42,995 bases of DNA from an uncultured Phycisphaerales bacterium (GCA_938084645.1 CALKEP010000017.1:1-42995); one strand, 5' to 3'. Positions 1 to 10,275 are shown, counted from the stretch's first letter. Translations and numbers: made by a program. The notes: generated by a model from the letters alone, not told the origin.

Positions 1-1
1 G

Positions 2-199
2 CTCGGCTTCCGGACGCTGCTCGACGTGATTGCGACCGACCCGACGCTGGTCCGCGGCTCCCACGGTCGCATCGACCAGGGACTCGGTTGGGACGGTGTG
101 CTCGTCGCCGACGCCGCGGCGAACCTCGACGACGAGGCCGACGGTCGCGTCCCCTGCACCGCCGTCCGCGACCTCGCCCTGGGGACGATGTTCGGATGA
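2..199 (+). CDS. 3' end of an alkaline phosphatase/nucleotide pyrophosphatase family protein (EboF-like), partial
   Basis: Frame +2, translated by hand: LGFRTLLDVIATDPTLVRGSHGR...TMFG*, stop TGA at 197-199. LGFR..DVI..D..LV.GSHG resembles the C-terminus of EboF-type proteins (recalled, not searched). Confidence 0.6.
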   Translation, partial: LGFRTLLDVIATDPTLVRGSHGRIDQGLGWDGVLVADAAANLDDEADGRVPCTAVRDLALGTMFG

Positions 200-261
200 G
201 CAAGCTCGTCGGTCATTCGGGCCGGCGTTGATCCGGAGGAAGCGGCTACCCTCCGGACATC

Positions 262-2787
262 ATGTCACGCACCCTCGCCATCGTCCTGCTCATCCCGTGC
301 CTCCACGTGCTCGCCGACCGGGCCACCCTGGCGGATCCGCCGTCGGTCATCGCCGACTTCGAGGACTACCTCGTGATCGAACCGGTGGGACGGGGCGGGC
401 GATCACCCGTCCACACCGACGCGATCGAGGCGACGGTCGTGGACGGATCCTGGCACACGCCGGAGCCTGGCGATGCCGTCCGCATCGGACGGGTTCCCCG
501 GATCTGGCAGTCCGCCTCCGCGGGCGAGGACGGCTGGCTCACCGATGATGCACTCCGAGGCGGCTACGCCGTGGCCACCATCGAACGCGACGCCGCCGGT
601 CCCGCGATCCTCGAAGCCCGCGGCCACTCCATGGTCTACGTCAACGGCGCGCCCCGACCGGGTGACCCCTACGCCAACGGGTCGCTGCGGCTTCCGGTGA
701 TGCTCGAGGCAGGTGAGAACGAGTTTCTCTTCAAGGTCGGGCGGGGACGGGTCAGGGCGCGACTGGTCGATGTACCGAGGACCGAGGGCGGCGATCCGAA
801 GACGTTCTTCTTCACCGGCGCCGACGACACGATTCCGAACGCGGTCGCCGGCACGCCCCTCGATGCATACGCGGGCGTGGTGATCGCGAACATCGGAACG
901 ACGTGGATGCCCAACCGATCCATCCTCGTGACCGGCCCCGACGGCGAGACGGCCACCAGCGCCATGCCCGCGATCCCCCCGGGATCGGTTCGCAAGGTCC
1001 CGATCCGGCTCGTGTCGGCGGCCGCTGAGGTTCCGGGTACCGAGACCTTCCGGGTGGAGATCGTCGACCCCGGGTCCATCGAACCGGTCGATGTCCGCAC
1101 CCTTGAAGTCAAGGTCGTCGAACCGACGGCCGCGCGGCGGGTGACCTTTCGGAGCGAGATCGATGATTCGGTCCAGTTCTACGGACTGGTCCCGAGCTCC
1201 GCGGCGCCGCGCGAAGGCGATCCCTCGGGGGCGGTCGGGCTCATCCTGACGCTCCACGGCGCTGGCGTCGACGCCCGACGCCAGGCCGCCGCCTACTCGG
1301 CGAAGGACTTCGCCCACGTCGTCGCGCCGACCAACCGGCGGAAGTTCGGTTTCGACTGGGAGGACTGGGGTCGTCTCGACGCGATGGAGGTGCTCGACCA
1401 CGCTCGACGAACACTCGGCACCGACCCCGATCGCCAGTGGGTGACCGGACATTCCATGGGCGGACACGGAACCTGGCAGGCCGCGGCCCACTTCCCGGAT
1501 CGATTCGCCGCGGCCGCCCCGAGCGCGGGCTGGATCGCGTTCCACACCTACGGGGCCGACCGCATCGAAGGCAACGACGATCCCCACTCGATCGAGTCGA
1601 TCATGGCCCGCGCCGCCAACCCCAGCGACACGCTTCTGCTCCGGGACAATCTCGACGAACTGGGCATCTACGTCCTGCATGGCGACGCCGACGACAACGT
1701 CCCCGTGGATCAGGCCCGGACCATGCGCCGTTCGCTCGCCGAATCGCACCCTGACTTCGCCTATCACGAGGAACCGGGCGTCGGTCACTGGTGGGGGAAT
1801 CGTTGCGTCGACTGGCCGCCGCTGATCCGGTTCCTCGAGGAACGTTCCCTCGATCCGAATCCGGCCCAGGTGCGATTCACCACCGTCTCACCGGGGATCA
1901 ACGCCGGCGGCGACTGGTTCCGGATCGCCCAGCAGCAGCTTGCGAACGCACCATCCCGGGTCGAAGGAACGTGGAACGACGCCGAGGATCGCATCGATCT
2001 CATCACCGAGAACGTGGCCCGCCTCGAAATCGATCTCGACGATCGAATGCCCGCCTGGACGGTGGTGATCGATGGCGACGAGGTCGGACCGGACGCGAAA
2101 CTGGATCTCCTCAACGGCCGCGGCGCACCGGCGTTCTACGACCGGACACCCGACGGCTGGCGTCGTCGCGCCATCATCAATCCTCGCGCCAAGCGGCCGG
2201 AACGAAACGGGTCGTTCAAGGACGTCTTCCGCCACCAGCCGATTCTCGTCGTAGGCACCATGGGGGATGAAGCGGAGAATCGCATCACGCTCGCCAAGGC
2301 GATCCACGACGCGGAGACCTTCCTCTACCGCGGCAACGGCGTGCTCGACGTGATCCTCGACGTCGACTTCGATCGCGAACAGCATCCGCGGCGCAACGTG
2401 ATCCTCTACGGGAACCAGGAGACCAACGCCGCCTGGCCGCAGCTGCTCGCGAAGGACCCGTTGCAGGTCGATCGGACCGGAATCCGCTTCGAGGGGCTCG
2501 AAGTGGAAGGCGACGATCTCGCGGTGCTCGCGATCCGACCCCGATCCGACTGGACGACCGTCTCGGTCGGTGTCGTCGCGGGAACAGGACTCGCCGGCAT
2601 GCGACTGACCGAACGCATCCCGCTCTTTCGGAGCGGCGTGCACTATCCCGACCTGGTGGTGTTCGGCCCCGAGTCGATCGACCCCGACACCGACGGACTC
2701 GAGGGGATCCGAGCCGCTGCGTTCTTCGACAACGACTGGTCGCTCGGCGACGACCACGCCGTCCGCGAGTCGCCGAAGGTCAGGTGA
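262..2787 (+). CDS. Secreted alpha/beta-hydrolase (prolyl oligopeptidase/S9-like esterase or peptidase) with N- and C-terminal accessory domains
   Basis: Hydrophobic N-terminus; LTLHGAG, nucleophile elbow GHSMGG, HGDADDNVP (Asp) and GHWW (His) give a catalytic triad. Confidence 0.85.
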   Translation: MSRTLAIVLLIPCLHVLADRATLADPPSVIADFEDYLVIEPVGRGGRSPVHTDAIEATVVDGSWHTPEPGDAVRIGRVPRIWQSASAGEDGWLTDDALRGGYAVATIERDAAGPAILEARGHSMVYVNGAPRPGDPYANGSLRLPVMLEAGENEFLFKVGRGRVRARLVDVPRTEGGDPKTFFFTGADDTIPNAVAGTPLDAYAGVVIANIGTTWMPNRSILVTGPDGETATSAMPAIPPGSVRKVPIRLVSAAAEVPGTETFRVEIVDPGSIEPVDVRTLEVKVVEPTAARRVTFRSEIDDSVQFYGLVPSSAAPREGDPSGAVGLILTLHGAGVDARRQAAAYSAKDFAHVVAPTNRRKFGFDWEDWGRLDAMEVLDHARRTLGTDPDRQWVTGHSMGGHGTWQAAAHFPDRFAAAAPSAGWIAFHTYGADRIEGNDDPHSIESIMARAANPSDTLLLRDNLDELGIYVLHGDADDNVPVDQARTMRRSLAESHPDFAYHEEPGVGHWWGNRCVDWPPLIRFLEERSLDPNPAQVRFTTVSPGINAGGDWFRIAQQQLANAPSRVEGTWNDAEDRIDLITENVARLEIDLDDRMPAWTVVIDGDEVGPDAKLDLLNGRGAPAFYDRTPDGWRRRAIINPRAKRPERNGSFKDVFRHQPILVVGTMGDEAENRITLAKAIHDAETFLYRGNGVLDVILDVDFDREQHPRRNVILYGNQETNAAWPQLLAKDPLQVDRTGIRFEGLEVEGDDLAVLAIRPRSDWTTVSVGVVAGTGLAGMRLTERIPLFRSGVHYPDLVVFGPESIDPDTDGLEGIRAAAFFDNDWSLGDDHAVRESPKVR

Positions 2788-5128
2788 GTCCGAGTCGACG
2801 TTCCTCGTCGGCGATCTCCGCCTTCAGCGCGGATGCGAGCTCGCGCAGATCGGCGATCGACTCGTCGACCTGCTTGACGGCGTCGCTGGTGATCCCGACG
2901 TTCTCCGACAGTTCCGCCATGGCTTCGCTGATCTGACGGGCCCCGTCGCGCTGCGCCTTCATGCTCTCGAGCACGGTCGCGAAACGGGGGGAGAGGTCCT
3001 GATTGCGACCGATCACCTCGGTGAGTCCTTCGGCGACCTGGGCGTTGGTCGACGCCGTTTCCTCCAGACGCCGCTGGAAGGCGGTCATGTTTCGAACGCC
3101 GTCGCCGACGGAGGCGAGCATGCGATCGACGTTCTGTTCGATCTGCGACGCGCTTTCGGCGGTTCGTTCGGCCAGCCGCCTCACCTCGCGGGCGACCACG
3201 CGGAATCCGAGTCCGGCATCGCCCGCCTTCTCCGCCTCCATGGTCGCGTTGATCGAGAGGATCTGGGTTCGATCCGCGATCGAGACCATCGTCGTCACGA
3301 CCTGGCCCATCGCCTCGCAGCGTCGCTCGATCTCTCCGAGATGATCGGAGACGCTCTTCGCGTCACCGACCACGTCCCCCATCACGACTTCGATGCGGTT
3401 GATCGACTCGAGTCCGTTCGCACCCCGGATCGCGTTCTCGGAAGCGATGCCGTCCACCTCGCTCATGGTGCCGGTGAGCTCCTCCGCGGTCTTCGCGATC
3501 TCCCGGCTGCCCGCCGTGATCTCGGTGACCGCGCCCATGATCTGAATGGAACTCGAGGCCTGGGTGGCCGTCATGCCCGCGATCTCGTCGATCAGTTCGT
3601 CCTTCCGGACCGTCGCCGCCTCCATCCGGGCCTTCAAGCCGAGACTGGCAGCGACGAGGTTGTAGGCATGGGCCAGGGCGTTGAGTTCGCGTCCCCCACC
3701 GGGTGGAACGGTGGTCGAGAAATCGCCGGCCTGCAGCCGCGACATCGCCGTCTGCAGACGGAGAATGGGTGCGGTGAACCGACGGCTGAGCAGGATGCTC
3801 GCCAAGACGACGACCACGAAGATGATCAGGCCGGTGCTCAGGATCCGAGCCCGCATGGCATCCGCGCCCGCGTACGCCTCCGCTCGCCCGATCTCCGCGA
3901 TGAGCGCCCAGTTCCGATCGAAGACCGAGACCGGTTGAAAGGACGCGACGACGGCCTCCCCGTGGTAGCTCGTCACCTCGGCGTCGCCGGACTCCCCATC
4001 CAGCGCCCTCGACACCGCCTCGTTCTCCACCCGCTCCAGAAGCACCGTCCGTTCGAGTCGGGCCATCTCCTTCAGCGTGCTCTCCGCGATCCCCCTCGAC
4101 CGACCGTTCCGGATGAACGCATCGGGATCCTCGATCAAGGTCCGGGCGTCCGACCGCATGAACAGGTCGGGACCGACCAGATAGGCCTCTCCACTCTCGC
4201 CGAATCCCTCCTCGGCCCATCTTCGACCACCGGTCATCACCTCGTCGATCTCGTCGATCGGCAACTGGATCGCCACGACGCCCAGCACTTCGTCCCCGTC
4301 GTGCACCGCCTTCGCGACGAACGCGGCCGGTGACTCGTAGCTCGGGGTGTACGTCGAGAAGTCGGCGAACGAGACGGCGTTCGTCGAAGTGGATTCCAGA
4401 CTGGACCGGACCGCGTCCGCGAGCCCGCTGTCCTTGAAGGGCCCGGTCAGGAGATTCGTGCCGAAGTCGATCTCCTTGTAGACCGAGTAGACGATCTCTC
4501 CGGATGCATCGATCAGGAAGATGTCGTAGTAGCCGAAGATCTCGAGCAGCTCGCGGAAGAGCGGGTGGTACTGGAAATGGGGCCCGTCGTACTCGGGGAC
4601 GAGCCTGCTGTCGTCGAGCAGGTGCTTCGAACCGAGGGGATTGGGGTTGTTGACCAGATATGCCGCCTGCACGACGAGCGATGCCGGTCGATCCGAGGTC
4701 ACCGATGCCGACGGGAGCCGCCGTCCGGTCTCCTGCTCGTAGTTGGTCATGAAGACGTCGTTCACGAAACCGACCACCTGTTCCCGCGCGTCATCGGATG
4801 CCGAGACGTCGAGCGAGGCGAGGACCTCGCTGAACTGCATGATCGCGTCCGACGTCTCGGGAAGCATCGAAAGCACGTCGACCTCGTGACGGATGTTGCG
4901 GAAGTACGTCTCCAGAAGCCGGGCCTTGATCGCTCGTGCCGTCGTGAGCTGCTCTCGATGGGCGGCCTCGAGCGCGTCTCCGGCGGTCGTCCAGGCCGCG
5001 TAACCGATGCTGATCCCGGTCCCCAACGCGACCGCGAGCATGACCGCGAGAAACCGCACCACCAAGGGGACACCTGATGCCGATGTGGTGGACGTGTTGC
5101 CGGGCGTCGAGGATGGGCTGGAGGACAT
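2780..5128 (-). CDS. Methyl-accepting chemotaxis protein (TM, Cache-like sensor, TM, HAMP, signalling domain)
   Basis: YYDIFLID..GEIVYSV.KE.DFGTNL Cache-type motif; two TM helices; HAMP; hairpin tip TQILSINATMEAEKAGDAGLGFRVVAREVRRLA. ATG at 5128 with AGGAG RBS. Confidence 0.92.
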   Translation of the reverse strand: MSSSPSSTPGNTSTTSASGVPLVVRFLAVMLAVALGTGISIGYAAWTTAGDALEAAHREQLTTARAIKARLLETYFRNIRHEVDVLSMLPETSDAIMQFSEVLASLDVSASDDAREQVVGFVNDVFMTNYEQETGRRLPSASVTSDRPASLVVQAAYLVNNPNPLGSKHLLDDSRLVPEYDGPHFQYHPLFRELLEIFGYYDIFLIDASGEIVYSVYKEIDFGTNLLTGPFKDSGLADAVRSSLESTSTNAVSFADFSTYTPSYESPAAFVAKAVHDGDEVLGVVAIQLPIDEIDEVMTGGRRWAEEGFGESGEAYLVGPDLFMRSDARTLIEDPDAFIRNGRSRGIAESTLKEMARLERTVLLERVENEAVSRALDGESGDAEVTSYHGEAVVASFQPVSVFDRNWALIAEIGRAEAYAGADAMRARILSTGLIIFVVVVLASILLSRRFTAPILRLQTAMSRLQAGDFSTTVPPGGGRELNALAHAYNLVAASLGLKARMEAATVRKDELIDEIAGMTATQASSSIQIMGAVTEITAGSREIAKTAEELTGTMSEVDGIASENAIRGANGLESINRIEVVMGDVVGDAKSVSDHLGEIERRCEAMGQVVTTMVSIADRTQILSINATMEAEKAGDAGLGFRVVAREVRRLAERTAESASQIEQNVDRMLASVGDGVRNMTAFQRRLEETASTNAQVAEGLTEVIGRNQDLSPRFATVLESMKAQRDGARQISEAMAELSENVGITSDAVKQVDESIADLRELASALKAEIADEERRLGLT

Positions 5129-5204
5129 GAACGCTCCTGATTTCGATCGATACCTGATTGCGGGCCGTGAATCGACGCGAACGAGCGACGCGGACCGCCG
5201 GTTG

Positions 5205-5233
5205 GTATCGACCAGATCGCCGCGATTGCTTGG
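5205..5233 (-). promoter_or_regulatory. Putative sigma-28 (FliA/SigD-type) promoter of the MCP gene
   Basis: Minus strand reads CCAAG-N16-GTCGATAC, about 77 nt upstream of the start. Confidence 0.5.
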
Positions 5234-5284
5234 AAAGCGGAGGCCCGCCGGCTCGGACGCCTCCATCGGTGAAGTCAAAACGAA

Positions 5285-5313
5285 GGACGCCCCCGGAGAT
5301 TCCGGGGGCGTCC
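5285..5313 (-). terminator. Rho-independent terminator downstream of the thioredoxin-like gene
   Basis: Perfect 13-bp inverted repeat GGACGCCCCCGGA-gat-TCCGGGGGCGTCC, followed by TTCGTTTTG on the minus strand. Confidence 0.75.
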
Positions 5314-5336
5314 TCGAAGATCGGTCGTGGATCGAT

Positions 5337-5972
5337 TCAGCTCTTGGGACCGGCCTTGGTCCGCATCGCGGGGAACGCCGCAAGGACCTTCTGGGGTCCG
5401 ATGTAGCTTTGTCGATTCTTCGGGGTGTACTTTCCGTCGGTCTCGTAGGACCCCTTCATGGCCACATCGTCCTCACCGAGCACGACGAGGTTCGGGATTC
5501 CGCTGCCACCGTAGGCCTGCTTGATCTTGCGGAGCCCGGACGCGTCGAACGGGACGGCGTAGAACGGCATGTCGTACTTCTTCATGTACCCCATGTGCGC
5601 GGGGGCATTTCGATCCGACGTCACCACCACGATCGCGAAGTCCTTGGCGTCGGGGTTCTCCTTCGCGAACTTCACCAGGTCCGGGGTGAACTTGCGGCAC
5701 GGAGGACACCAGCTCGCGGTGAAGTAGAGGAGGACGAATTTCTTCCCGGCGATGACGTCCTTCGTCTTCACCCGGGTGCCGTCCTTCATCTCCAGCGTGT
5801 CGCCGAACATGGCCATGATCTTGGCGTGGGAGCCGGTGTCCGCCGTCTTCGCATCGATGGCGGCCGGCGCCTTCGCGGGCGGCGGGGAGAGTGCCGGCTT
5901 CGCCGCGCCGTCCTGGGGCGCGATGCAGAGCGACGAGATGGCGAGCGTGATGCTGGCGAGGACGGTTGACAT
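5337..5972 (-). CDS. Exported thioredoxin-like protein (nucleoredoxin/tryparedoxin type)
   Basis: LLYFTASWCPPCRKFTP, VVVTSDR and GIPNLVV (cis-Pro) motifs; hydrophobic N-terminus and Pro/Ala linker. Confidence 0.85.
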   Translation of the reverse strand: MSTVLASITLAISSLCIAPQDGAAKPALSPPPAKAPAAIDAKTADTGSHAKIMAMFGDTLEMKDGTRVKTKDVIAGKKFVLLYFTASWCPPCRKFTPDLVKFAKENPDAKDFAIVVVTSDRNAPAHMGYMKKYDMPFYAVPFDASGLRKIKQAYGGSGIPNLVVLGEDDVAMKGSYETDGKYTPKNRQSYIGPQKVLAAFPAMRTKAGPKS

Positions 5973-6076
5973 CTGTGAAGACTCCATTCGGGGTTGATGC
6001 TTCTTGCCGGTTCACGATACGGCATATCCCTGCATGAATCGAGCATCTCCCGGCGAACCGTGGATCTTGATCGAAA

Positions 6077-7201
6077 TCACGTCGTCGACGGATCCGCGTT
6101 CCGACGTGGCCCCGCGCCCCGAGCCGCCATCGGCGTCGCCGAAGCATCCGGGTCCGAACTCGCCCAATCGATCCACTCCTCGACCGCGGCCTGCATGGCC
6201 TCCAGATCGATCGCGGTCCTGATCGCCTCCTTCAGCGGCTTCACGTGACCCATCGACTTTCCGTACCAGGAGATCCGCTGTCGCATGAGCTCCGCGGCGG
6301 CACGAGGGTCGAGGTGGGTGGCGCAGAGTTCGATGTGACGGCGGATCGTTCGGATCTTGTCGAGCAGCGTCGGCTCGGCCCGCGCCGCCTCCCATCGACT
6401 GCGTTCGGTCTCGTCGACCTGCGAAGACGCATCGGCGATCGCGGCCAGTCGAAGCGCGGCATCCGCCTGACGAAAGACCCAGGGTCGGCGAATCGCGGAC
6501 CGCGCGATCATCACACCCGCGCATCCGGTGTGTCGAACGAGCCGGACCGCGTCGTCCGGACCGACCACGTCGCCGTTGCCGATGACCGGGATGCCGCGAA
6601 CCGCGGCGACCACTTCGCCGATGGCGTTCCAGTTCGCGCACCCCTTGAATCGCTGGACCGTCGTCCGGCCATGCACCGTGACGAGGGCGATGCCCGCGGC
6701 CTCGAGGTCCCGAGCCAGTGTCGGCGCGACGATCGAGTCGTCGTCCCACCCCAGCCGGACCTTGGCGGTCACCGGAACCCGGCCCGCCGAATGCCGATCC
6801 ACCGCAGCCACGATCCGATCGACGAGTTCGAGGGTGGCCGGGCAGTCGCGGAGAAGGAGGGACCCGCCGTTCTTCTTGGCCACCTTGTCGACCGGGCATC
6901 CCATGTTGATGTCGACCACCGCCGCGCCGTGGTCGATGGCCCAGCACGCCGCTTCCGGCAGCGGGTCGTGCGGCGCACCGTAGAGCTGCATGCCGAATGG
7001 TTCGTCGCCCGGCGCCGTCGACGCGAGCACCATCGATTTGGGCGTGCCGGCGAGCACGGCCCGGCTGTTGAGCAGGTCGGTATAGGCGCAGCCCACCCCC
7101 CCGAGTTCCCGGCAGAGCAGCCGGAAAGCGAGATCGGTGTGTCCCGCGATCGGTGCGAGGAGCACCCGGGACGGAAGTTGGAGCGGGCCGATGGAGAGCA
7201 T
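6077..7201 (-). CDS. dusB: tRNA-dihydrouridine synthase (DusB family)
   Basis: [44 protein letters not shown]. Start placed at MLSIGPL. Confidence 0.9.
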   Translation of the reverse strand: MLSIGPLQLPSRVLLAPIAGHTDLAFRLLCRELGGVGCAYTDLLNSRAVLAGTPKSMVLASTAPGDEPFGMQLYGAPHDPLPEAACWAIDHGAAVVDINMGCPVDKVAKKNGGSLLLRDCPATLELVDRIVAAVDRHSAGRVPVTAKVRLGWDDDSIVAPTLARDLEAAGIALVTVHGRTTVQRFKGCANWNAIGEVVAAVRGIPVIGNGDVVGPDDAVRLVRHTGCAGVMIARSAIRRPWVFRQADAALRLAAIADASSQVDETERSRWEAARAEPTLLDKIRTIRRHIELCATHLDPRAAAELMRQRISWYGKSMGHVKPLKEAIRTAIDLEAMQAAVEEWIDWASSDPDASATPMAARGAGPRRNADPSTT

Positions 7202-7240
7202 GATTCGAGGTCGGACGACGTCGAGGGTACGGTGCCTCCC

Positions 7241-8092
7241 ATGTCGAATGCCAATGGAAGCGTGGAATCGATCGGCGTGCATCCCGTGAAATCGGCCCGC
7301 GGGCTCGCTCCCGCCGCATGGTGGTTCGACGAGACCGGGCCCCGCCTCGACCGCCGTTGGATGTGCATCGATGAGAATCGTCGATTCGTGTCGCTCCGGG
7401 AGATCCCCGCCCTCGCCCGACTCGCGGTCCGACTCGAGCCCGGCGATCCGATCGACCGGGCGAACGAACTTCCATCCCGCGTGCATCTCGAGTTCGATGA
7501 CGAGCGACACGAATTCGAGCCGGTCGAGGAGACGACCACGGCCGCGACGACCGCCTCGCTCTGGAAGGCCGATCGCCAGGTGATCGAGGAGTCGGATTCC
7601 GTGAGCAGTTGGCTCTCCGAGAAGCTCGGTGGTTCGTACCGCCTCGTCCGACACGCACCCGACCGGGATCCCTGGTTTCAACCGGAACCGGAAGCGGACG
7701 GGGCCACGACCGGTCTCGCCGACGGATATCCGGTTCTCCTCGCGTCGACCGAGACCCTCGTTGCCGCGGTTCCCGGCGGCTGTTCGATGCGGCGATTTCG
7801 ACCGAACATCGTGGTCACGGGTGTCGAAGCCTGGATGGAGGAGTCGTGGAAGCGGATCCGGATCGGCGACGTCGAATTGGAGCTCGCGAAGCCATGCGTT
7901 CGGTGCATCGCCACCACCGTGGATCCCGAGACCGGCCAACGGACCGGAGCCGCCCCCCTCTCCACCCTCGCGAATGGCCGGACCTGGAACGGAAAACCCG
8001 TCTTCGGCTGGAACTGCCTCGTCCGACGGGCCGGGGTGCTCAGGCAGTCCGATCCGATCACGGTGCTCGAGTGGCGGACGCCCCCATCTTAG
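7241..8092 (+). CDS. MOSC domain protein (YcbX/mARC-like)
   Basis: [51 protein letters not shown]. Confidence 0.9.
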   Translation: MSNANGSVESIGVHPVKSARGLAPAAWWFDETGPRLDRRWMCIDENRRFVSLREIPALARLAVRLEPGDPIDRANELPSRVHLEFDDERHEFEPVEETTTAATTASLWKADRQVIEESDSVSSWLSEKLGGSYRLVRHAPDRDPWFQPEPEADGATTGLADGYPVLLASTETLVAAVPGGCSMRRFRPNIVVTGVEAWMEESWKRIRIGDVELELAKPCVRCIATTVDPETGQRTGAAPLSTLANGRTWNGKPVFGWNCLVRRAGVLRQSDPITVLEWRTPPS

Positions 8093-8410
8093 GTCCTATA
8101 ACAAAACAAGGGCCGATTTCAAGGGCCCCAGGGGCCATCGTCGGGGTGCGGTCCGCCGCTTTCCGACGCCTGTGACGATTTTACGGCCGAGTGTCAAAAA
8201 TTAACTTTCCCGACCCGATTCGAGTGCTATTTTTCCGCCGTAGGGAAGCGGGTTTTGTCTTCACAAAGCCCCGGAGCCGGTGCGATGAGGGTCGCCCGGT
8301 GGTGAAAAGACAAAGTTGATCGCAGTTTCGCGGCGTGTACGCCGGTCCCGTTGGAGGCGGGATGACCCTGGGGGTCGGGAATTCGCGATCTCGGGAAAGG
8401 GGCCGTCATC

Positions 8411-9157
8411 GTGGTACGAAAGAATTTTCTCATCGCCGGATTTGCGTCCGTCGTCACCGCCATCACATCCGCCGCAACCGCGCAAGACGGGTTCGGTGGC
8501 TCGCTCCAGCTCTTTTCCGGGACGGGCGACGCCGCCTGGATCGCCGGCGAGGACGGTGCGGCCACATGGCTTGACGACGGCTACCAGTTCACCGGTTCGG
8601 ACTCCAGCAGTGGCTGGAACGTGAACTGGGACATGCTCGCCTCCTCCGGCGCGGGTGGCAGCATCACCCTGAATTTCACCGTGACGAATCTCTCGTCGAC
8701 GACCCAGTCGTTCTTCCTGTTCGCGACCCAGGAGATCGATGCGCTCGAATCGACGCTGGCGGGCGGATCGATCGCCGGGACCTTCACGGACCTCAATGGC
8801 GACGGTGTGACCGTGTCCTCCACCGGGGGGAACTCGATCTACACCGGTTTCTACGATGCGACGTCCTTCGACCCGTTCGACGGCACCGTGATCGGAACGT
8901 TGCTCGACGATGCGACGGCCTCCGCCGGCAGCTTCCTCTCGGGCAACTACGACGCCGCGGCGTTCGGTGACTTTCCGATCATTCCCGGGCAGGTCGCCGG
9001 AAACCTCGACTTCAACTTCGGCATCGCCCTCCGCTTCGACGTCTCCGCCGGCGACACCGCCGCCTTCACGTCGAGCATGGCGGTCGCCGTCCCCGGCCCC
9101 GGTGTGGTGGCCCTGATGGGTCTCGCTGGAATGCACCGTCGCCGAAGACGTGACTGA
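8411..9157 (+). CDS. PEP-CTERM-type (exosortase-sorted) surface protein
   Basis: Signal peptide; C-terminus VPGPG-VVALMGLAGM-HRRRRRD; GTG start after GGGAAAGGGG. Confidence 0.85.
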   Translation: MVRKNFLIAGFASVVTAITSAATAQDGFGGSLQLFSGTGDAAWIAGEDGAATWLDDGYQFTGSDSSSGWNVNWDMLASSGAGGSITLNFTVTNLSSTTQSFFLFATQEIDALESTLAGGSIAGTFTDLNGDGVTVSSTGGNSIYTGFYDATSFDPFDGTVIGTLLDDATASAGSFLSGNYDAAAFGDFPIIPGQVAGNLDFNFGIALRFDVSAGDTAAFTSSMAVAVPGPGVVALMGLAGMHRRRRRD

Positions 9158-9181
9158 ACCGAGGCGTTTCGGCGCCGATAA
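9155..9181 (+). promoter_or_regulatory. Possible sigma-28 promoter upstream of the second PEP-CTERM gene
   Basis: TGAA-N15-GCCGATAA versus the enterobacterial consensus TAAA-N15-GCCGATAA. Confidence 0.35.
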
Positions 9182-9417
9182 CCGCCGCAGACGGCACGAC
9201 CGGATGTGGCTTCGAAGAACCTGGTGACCGTCCTCCATCGTCGCTTGAAAAGGCGAACTGACGGGGCACGATTACCACCGAACAGGATCGAACGCATCGG
9301 TTTGCGATTCGGTCGAGGGAAGTGTTTGGTCGGATGCGGAATCGCGTCGGGCCGGAAGAACTGGTTCCGCGCGAGCGTGCTTCAACGGCACGCGAGGAAT
9401 CGAAAAGGGGTTGACAC

Positions 9418-10173
9418 GTGATCACGACTTCAAGACTTGGATCAGGCCTGGGAATCGCTCGAACGGGCCTGCTGGCAGGTGGAATCCTGCTGATGTCCGC
9501 ATCCGCGTCCGCCGGCTTCGAAGACGGGCCCGACCTTTCGGTCGACTGGGTCGTCGACGGCGTCGCCTACAACGGAACCCTCGTCGGCACGGACCTCGGT
9601 GGCGGCCTCTACAGCTACGCCGCGACGACCTCGGACGTCGGATTCTCGATCGACTGGGTGATGACGGTCAACAACAACGGATCGAACGGCGGCTTCCAGC
9701 TTCTTGGGAGCACGATCGGGGTGACCAATCTCCTCGCCGCCGACTCCGAGTTCTCGCTTTCGATCCTGATGCCGACCATCTTCGGTGACGGCGCGGCCCT
9801 CTACGGAGGCAGCGTTGGTGGAACACTCACCGGTGAAGCCGGAGGCGGCCTCCTCGCAGGCCTCGGCGAAGGCTCCTCGTTCTGGTCCGCATCCGTCGAC
9901 GGTACGACCATCGCGCAGCTGATCGAAGATCCCTTCCTGATCACCACCGATCCGTTCGAATCCGCGGCGATCCCCGCGGCGGCCTTCGGCGAACCCATCC
10001 CGAGCCTGGAGGGGATCTCACCCACCGCCTCGATGGGCGTGGCCCTTGACTTCCTGCTCGGCGCGGGCGACACCGTCGCCATCACCAGCACCTTCGTCGG
10101 GCAGATTCCAACCCCCGCGACGCTCGCGCTCTTCGGAATCGCCGGTTTCAACCGGCGTCGACGACGAGCCTGA
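9418..10173 (+). CDS. PEP-CTERM-type surface protein, paralog of 8411..9157
   Basis: Signal peptide ending ASA; C-terminus IPTPA-TLALFGIAGF-NRRRRRA; GTG start after AAAGGGG. Confidence 0.85.
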   Translation: MITTSRLGSGLGIARTGLLAGGILLMSASASAGFEDGPDLSVDWVVDGVAYNGTLVGTDLGGGLYSYAATTSDVGFSIDWVMTVNNNGSNGGFQLLGSTIGVTNLLAADSEFSLSILMPTIFGDGAALYGGSVGGTLTGEAGGGLLAGLGEGSSFWSASVDGTTIAQLIEDPFLITTDPFESAAIPAAAFGEPIPSLEGISPTASMGVALDFLLGAGDTVAITSTFVGQIPTPATLALFGIAGFNRRRRRA

Positions 10174-10235
10174 CACGCATCGAACCACCTTCGAGCAGCG
10201 CCCTTTCACGCTCGATCGATCATTCCCTACACCAG

Positions 10236-10275
10236 TGATGGCGGCCTTCCCTCTACGGGGAGGCCGCCGTCATTT
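10236..10275 (+). terminator. Hairpin terminator between the convergent PEP-CTERM gene and scpB
   Basis: TGATGGCGGCCTTCCC-tctac-GGGGAGGCCGCCGTCA-TTT; 16-bp stem with G-U pairs on the + strand. Confidence 0.7.

Noticed and set aside
8119..8147. TCAAG-N16-GTCGGGGT as another sigma-28 site
   Set aside because: The -10 lacks the CGAW core.
8240..8310. Resemblance of CACAAAGCCCCGG to a c-di-GMP-I riboswitch
   Set aside because: The GGCAAAC and GNRA-capped P2 elements are missing.
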